Assembly: GCA_030141605.1 (NCBI GenBank)
Contig: JAQGDQ010000538.1
Span: 62,001 to 126,000 of the forward strand
DNA length: 64,000 nucleotides
Source: Tubiluchus corallicola
Lineage: Eukaryota > Animalia > Priapulida
Direction of reading: 5' to 3'
Part shown: positions 60,301 to 64,000 of the stretch, piece by piece
How positions within the stretch are numbered: position 1 is the stretch's first letter
Layout of the letters: every line of letters begins with the position of its first letter
Position numbers and translations under genes: made by a program
The notes under the pieces: model-generated
What the model was told of the DNA's origin: nothing
The model's input: the letters and a program-made list of their open reading frames with translations, nothing else
Database searches by the model: none

Positions 60301-63300
60301 ATTAAGTGGGACTAAGTACTGTAATTTGGAATTATTAAAGATTAAAATGCTGCTAAAGTCTGCTGACCTTGATCCTATGGTCGAAGGTCCTAGGACCTGT
60401 AAGCCAAGTTTGCAGACTGTACTTTTTCGGTTACTTTCACAATTACATCTTACAAGTTACATCTACCCCATCCAGCCACCATATTTGTGAAAAATTTTTT
60501 GAATCTAGCTCAAAGCCCTAAGAGGAGTTGTATGACAATCGCAAAATTGAATATACACCGCACCATTATCTAAGGCAGGGGTGTGCAAATTGCGGCCCGC
60601 GGGCCACTTGCGGCCCGCCGAAAGAATTTGTGCGGCCCGCAAAGAAATTTGTCGACCTAATGAAAGTGCGGCCCGGGCGATTAATTGAGTGTATCCAGCT
60701 GAAGTCCGTGCCACAATCCCCCAAGATAGTGCGGGTAGTTTTTTCTACTAGATCGGATGCCATTAACCCTTACAAGACGGTTGTAGCTTAATGTCACTGT
60801 ACTACACAGACTGTGTGATACAAATTACTAATATGCATTGTAATGAAATTACCACTATCTGTCCTGAAAATAGAAATATGTGGTTTGTAATATAAATTTT
60901 AATAACTTCTAAAATAGTTTCTTGAGTGTAGTAGTAATGATGTACGCAGGTCGGATGTGAAAAAATCGTTATTAGGCCTTTCTGTACTTGGCTCATTGAT
61001 CAAACTGCCTGTGGCCCGCAGGAATTGCGAGAAAGTTTAATGTGGCCCGGCTAGTCAGATAATTTGCACACCCCTGATCTAAGGCCTCTTATCTACCTCA
61101 CAAGCCTGTAAATTTCATGACTCTAAGTAATATGCTTTTTGAGTTATTAAATATTATAATGGAGAAATAGAGGCCAGACTTATTGGCTGTTAATGACTGG
61201 TAAGATTCGAACCAACATGGTTAAAGTCTATTGTTTATAGTCTAAAAAGGTCATTATAAATAAACTTGGAAAAAATAGCAACAAATGAAGAACTACTCAA
61301 TCAACCAAACAAAGTTCTTTCAAAGGCACATTCAAAATAGAACGAGAATAAGCTCAAATAAAAATGTTTTCCCATTTATAATTATTTTTAGATAATATGC
61401 TGTTGTGGCTTGAACACAATGTATGGAAAAAATTGCAAAATCTGTATCTGATTACTTTCTCCAAAAAATTCTGCTAATTAATTAAAAGCAAACTACAAAC
61501 CTTGAAAGATGACTCTTTCTAAACCTAGCGCAGTTTCACTACAAACTACATTAAATCTTGTGAAGCTGTAACACCTTCCCTCTTTACTGTAGTAGGAATG
61601 CATTGTCTAATTACATTAGTGTAATTACACATTATTGTTAGAGCATTGTGATTGGCTTTCTTTCACTGTTAACTTGTTGAATTGTTTTTAATGTGTTACA
61701 CTAATTTAGCAATTGGTTGACCAAAATGCTGTTCAACTTTTCAACCATTTCGTTTAACTATGTGTTGAGTCAGAACACTTGTTTAACTTTATTTTTTTGT
61801 TCTCTGTCTTAATTTCGTAATAGTAATCCTGATTTCTGGTTTACTGGTTTTTATACTTTTTAGTATAATAATTTTGTCACAATAATTTTCTTGATCTGGG
61901 TGTAGTTAACCCATTTAAGCTGGATGCTAAGTATAATGATTGCATTTTCACTAATTATTCATCTTAATTTCTATGTATAGTATTTGTGATGTTTGATGTA
62001 CTTTGTCAATAGATACGCCATTAGACTTATTTTTTTTCTTTTTGCACGGCTTAAATTAACATATACTAAGAGCAACAAACAAGTTCAAAGGTTTTTCGTT
62101 CGAACCACAGTTTATTATTGGCCTACATCAGGCATCATGGTCAACATTCAGTTGTCAGAATGAGAGTACAGTTACATTCAGAATATGAATTCTCATACAA
62201 ATTCTCAGAGCACTAGAGTGTGAGATGATTCATCCCCACTGCTTACTATTTAAGCTCTAAATTAAAAACACTTGCATGAATTTCTATACACAAATTAAAT
62301 AATTCTTAATATTGGTTATGAAATTCAAAAAAAGTAATAGATACCTCCTATTTCATCAACTTCTTTTTTGTCCACAGTCACTGTGATTGTATCTGTTTCA
62401 ATTATAGTTGCATTGTCACCTTTTCTTTTCTTATCCTTGATCACACTTGATATGGTGTCTATGATACTAACACTTTTATCTGAAAAGTCTTTTCCCTGTT
62501 AAAAAAGCATACTCGGTGTTTAAGACAAGGCTGAAATATGATCATCCCATTACACATTAGCAGAGTAATCTTGCCCCACACAAAAAATTAGTTAGTGAAG
62601 CCTATTTGTTTTAAAGCTTGGAATTAGGGTAAGAGTTTGTGTAAATATTGGGGCTGGGGTTAGGGATGGGGTATTTAAATTGCGTGGGTACCTGTATTAG
62701 TTAGTGAAGCCTATTTGTTTTAAAGCTTGGAATTAGGGTAAGAGTTTGTGTAAATATTGGGGCTGGGGTATTTAAATTGCGTGGGTACCTGTGATTGCAT
62801 TCCAAAGCGAGAATCAACTCTATCAAGTTAGTTACAACAGAGATGATTTTGTCCCGAGGGGTCTAGAAACACTGCCAGGATATGGTTAGTCATCACTAGC
62901 AAAACCCAAAGAAGAGTTTCACATGTCATAGTCGTAATACGTGATTACATAATTTTATGCAATCTGCTTATGAAGCTGCGATTAAAAAATGAGCCAACAA
63001 TTGCTCCATGCATAGTGCACCCGTATGTACACACAATGCATGGTGAGATCAAGAGTAATTACGCAATTGCATTTGTGCAATTTGACGTTGCAGATTAAGA
63101 CAATGAAAGCACAGTAAAATGACACAGATGCAAAACTCTGCCAATCTTCAAAAGTAAAGTAAAGTTTACAGAATTGCAGTAACTAGTATTAAAAATGTCC
63201 CAAGTTCGATTGGCTTGGATATTAATGTAAAACATTAAGTGGATGCATGAATCAAGACACAAGCACATATCACCACCGACTTGTTTATCGAGATGTTGTC

Positions 63301-63849
63301 ATACTGGTTACACAAAGCCAACAAAATCTCTGAAAATTAAAGCTCACAGATAATTATTCATTCGGGCTAGGCGGCCAAAAAAAGCAATGTACTGTGCTGC
63401 CTTCAATGGTGTACATGGTTCCTGATGCACGATCAACAAAAAAAAATAAAAAACACACCAACCATTTACAGCTAACACTTACACATTGAAATAAAATGCA
63501 AGTGCAAGCCAGACTGACGCAATTAAAGCATAGCTCGCTTTACCAAAACTGACTTAAAAACCTAATGACACAAATAAAGAAAAATAAAGGGAAATTTGAA
63601 GCTGATAATGGTCAAGAACGCAGTTCTGGTTGCATGCTTGAAAGTACGGCTTAGAAATTCTACACTCCGTAGATCACGTTTGATACTGCCTTCCCATGAA
63701 GCCTCTGATTTAAATTTGCATTCCAACACGGTTTAACTCCAACTCGCCACAGCATAAAAACACTTTCACAAATCATTACCTTTTCAGAATCTGTTTTGGA
63801 AACATTTTCCAAGGCACCAAATATTTTAGAAATACCAGCGAGTATAGTT
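33313..63849 (-). CDS. Polycystin-1-like (PKD1L/REJ family) protein, 5'-partial: GAIN/GPS, TM1, PLAT, TM2-5, polycystin TOP and channel domain; ~1830 aa in 24 exons within the window
   Basis: Exons in transcript order: 63780-63849, 62345-62495, 59962-60062, 59419-59563, 59194-59336, 56786-57734, 55342-55489, 54106-54208, 51655-51775, 51400-51503, 48994-49224, 46633-46753, 45617-45776, 44786-44924, 43674-43781, 43291-43426, 42487-42598, 42105-42192, 40892-41508, 37747-37926, 37374-37449, 36798-36963, 34912-35094, 33313-34454. All are GT-AG and phase-consistent. Motifs: NPYFW, CVYWDE..GC..CVCYHMTTF (GPS), WHDNSGKHPSW..FLCNKWLAVDRG (PLAT), DGHLWLSIF..FTRVQRSSC, LPWWCVYIGW, VPRLRQLR, YSGGGY..WIDDYTRALAIEFTLFN, LGP. 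Confidence 0.93.
35791..36398. mobile_element. Possible MITE bounded by a 16-bp inverted repeat
   Basis: gtctacagctacctca (35791-35806) and tgaggtagctgtagac (36383-36398) are a perfect inverted pair. No clear TSD. Confidence 0.45.
38048..38717. mobile_element. TTAA-flanked non-autonomous element (piggyBac-like MITE)
   Basis: TTAA at 38044-38047 and 38718-38721, a perfect 12-bp TIR ctccttcaggac, and an internal 21-bp inverted repeat at 38358-38378 / 38454-38474. Confidence 0.75.
39000..39800 (-). mobile_element. Highly degenerate LINE endonuclease-region remnant
   Basis: Minus-strand fragments ETLW and GFSDHAL (APE SDH motif) occur in the expected order, with many stops and frameshifts. Confidence 0.35.
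39870..39912. repeat. Short 11-bp minisatellite (tgaacaatgat, about four copies)
   Basis: Directly visible. Confidence 0.8.
41821..41890 (+). mobile_element. LINE reverse-transcriptase fragment
   Basis: Translates EIKTGTPQGSVIGPTLLLLLNDI, matching the RT motif GVPQGSVLGPLLFxxYINDL. Confidence 0.75.
44786..46753 (-). other. Canonical intracellular PLAT/LH2 domain of the polycystin (after TM1)
   Basis: Three exons translate to YVYLIITYTGIRKGAATTATVTVVIKGTNG...QDWFLLLTQHSLGDLTSIVIWHDNSGKHPSWFLRKVVITD...FLCNKWLAVD. Confidence 0.9.
46087..46183. repeat. AT-rich perfect 31-bp inverted repeat
   Basis: 46087-46117 aaatgatatattaatatatttaattatatac is the exact reverse complement of 46153-46183. Confidence 0.9.
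47330..47525 (-). mobile_element. Penelope-like retroelement GIY-YIG endonuclease remnant
   Basis: Minus strand: YKYTRQSCRALYVGKTYRHLH...ISSKT*KPV..PYFNIRE. Confidence 0.65.
47880..48010 (+). mobile_element. Penelope-like retroelement GIY-YIG endonuclease remnant
   Basis: NVVQKYTCQTCNALYIGKNSRHLHR...SPRIG, similar to VVYKxxCxxCxxxYIGxTxRHL. Confidence 0.7.
49875..50110 (-). mobile_element. Penelope-like GIY-YIG remnant (third copy)
   Basis: Minus strand: LICKFKCCGCSNN*MGMTTR, then NFKIIDRAQKKYDLMIKEAYHLSML*PLFN, similar to NFxIL...LxIKEALxI...PxLN. Confidence 0.65.
50800..50970. repeat. Left arm of a ~170-bp intronic inverted repeat
   Basis: Reverse-complement match to 51980-52148, e.g. 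tcattgtcattggaca.agccatgccatacctgct.ttgtagtttgcactaa. Confidence 0.9.
51980..52148. repeat. Right arm of a ~170-bp intronic inverted repeat
   Basis: Reverse-complement match to 50800-50970 with scattered substitutions and small indels. Confidence 0.9.
54671..54731. repeat. (GT)n/(GCGT)n microsatellite
   Basis: Directly visible. Confidence 0.9.
60576..61076. mobile_element. Non-autonomous hAT (Charlie/Buster-type) MITE, 501 bp
   Basis: Perfect 16-bp TIR caggggtgtgcaaatt, perfect 8-bp TSD atctaagg (60568-60575 and 61077-61084) with central TA, and repeated g(c/t)ggcccg subterminal motifs. Confidence 0.92.
62587..62792. repeat. Tandem duplication (109 bp + 97 bp)
   Basis: 62587-62695 is repeated at 62696-62792 with a 12-nt difference (tagggatggggt). 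Confidence 0.92.
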
Positions 63850-64000
63850 CTGAAAAAGAAAAAGTACGGACATTGTCTCAAACATATTTCTTACTACTTT
63901 AAGCAATTACTTAAAACTTAAAAATTATTATTAAAGCACCAATTGAATACAAATACAACAAACTAAGCAAGAAAAGTACAGTTCTGGCAGCTTTTGTGCC

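Overview
This is AT-rich, intron-rich animal (invertebrate-like) genomic DNA, not prokaryotic. Most ORF-track entries are exon fragments or microsatellite artefacts. I rebuilt three spliced genes by hand from GT-AG boundaries and phase continuity. (1) The 5' end of a DEP-domain, DEPTOR-like gene on the minus strand (two exons found, no further exons located). (2) A complete 22-exon, ~1184-aa alpha2delta/CACHD1-family VWA-Cache gene on the plus strand (11858-30287). (3) The 3' 24 exons (~1830 aa) of a polycystin-1-like (PKD1L/REJ) gene on the minus strand (33313-63849, continuing past the right edge). The most unusual observation is in the polycystin. Its GAIN domain is interrupted just before the GPS by a 32-cysteine insert and a second, extracellular PLAT domain bounded by phase-1 introns. 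A ~170-bp intronic inverted repeat also brackets two exons totalling 225 nt in frame. Introns carry MITEs (hAT, piggyBac-like), Penelope, LINE and SINE remnants, microsatellites and one 280-N gap.
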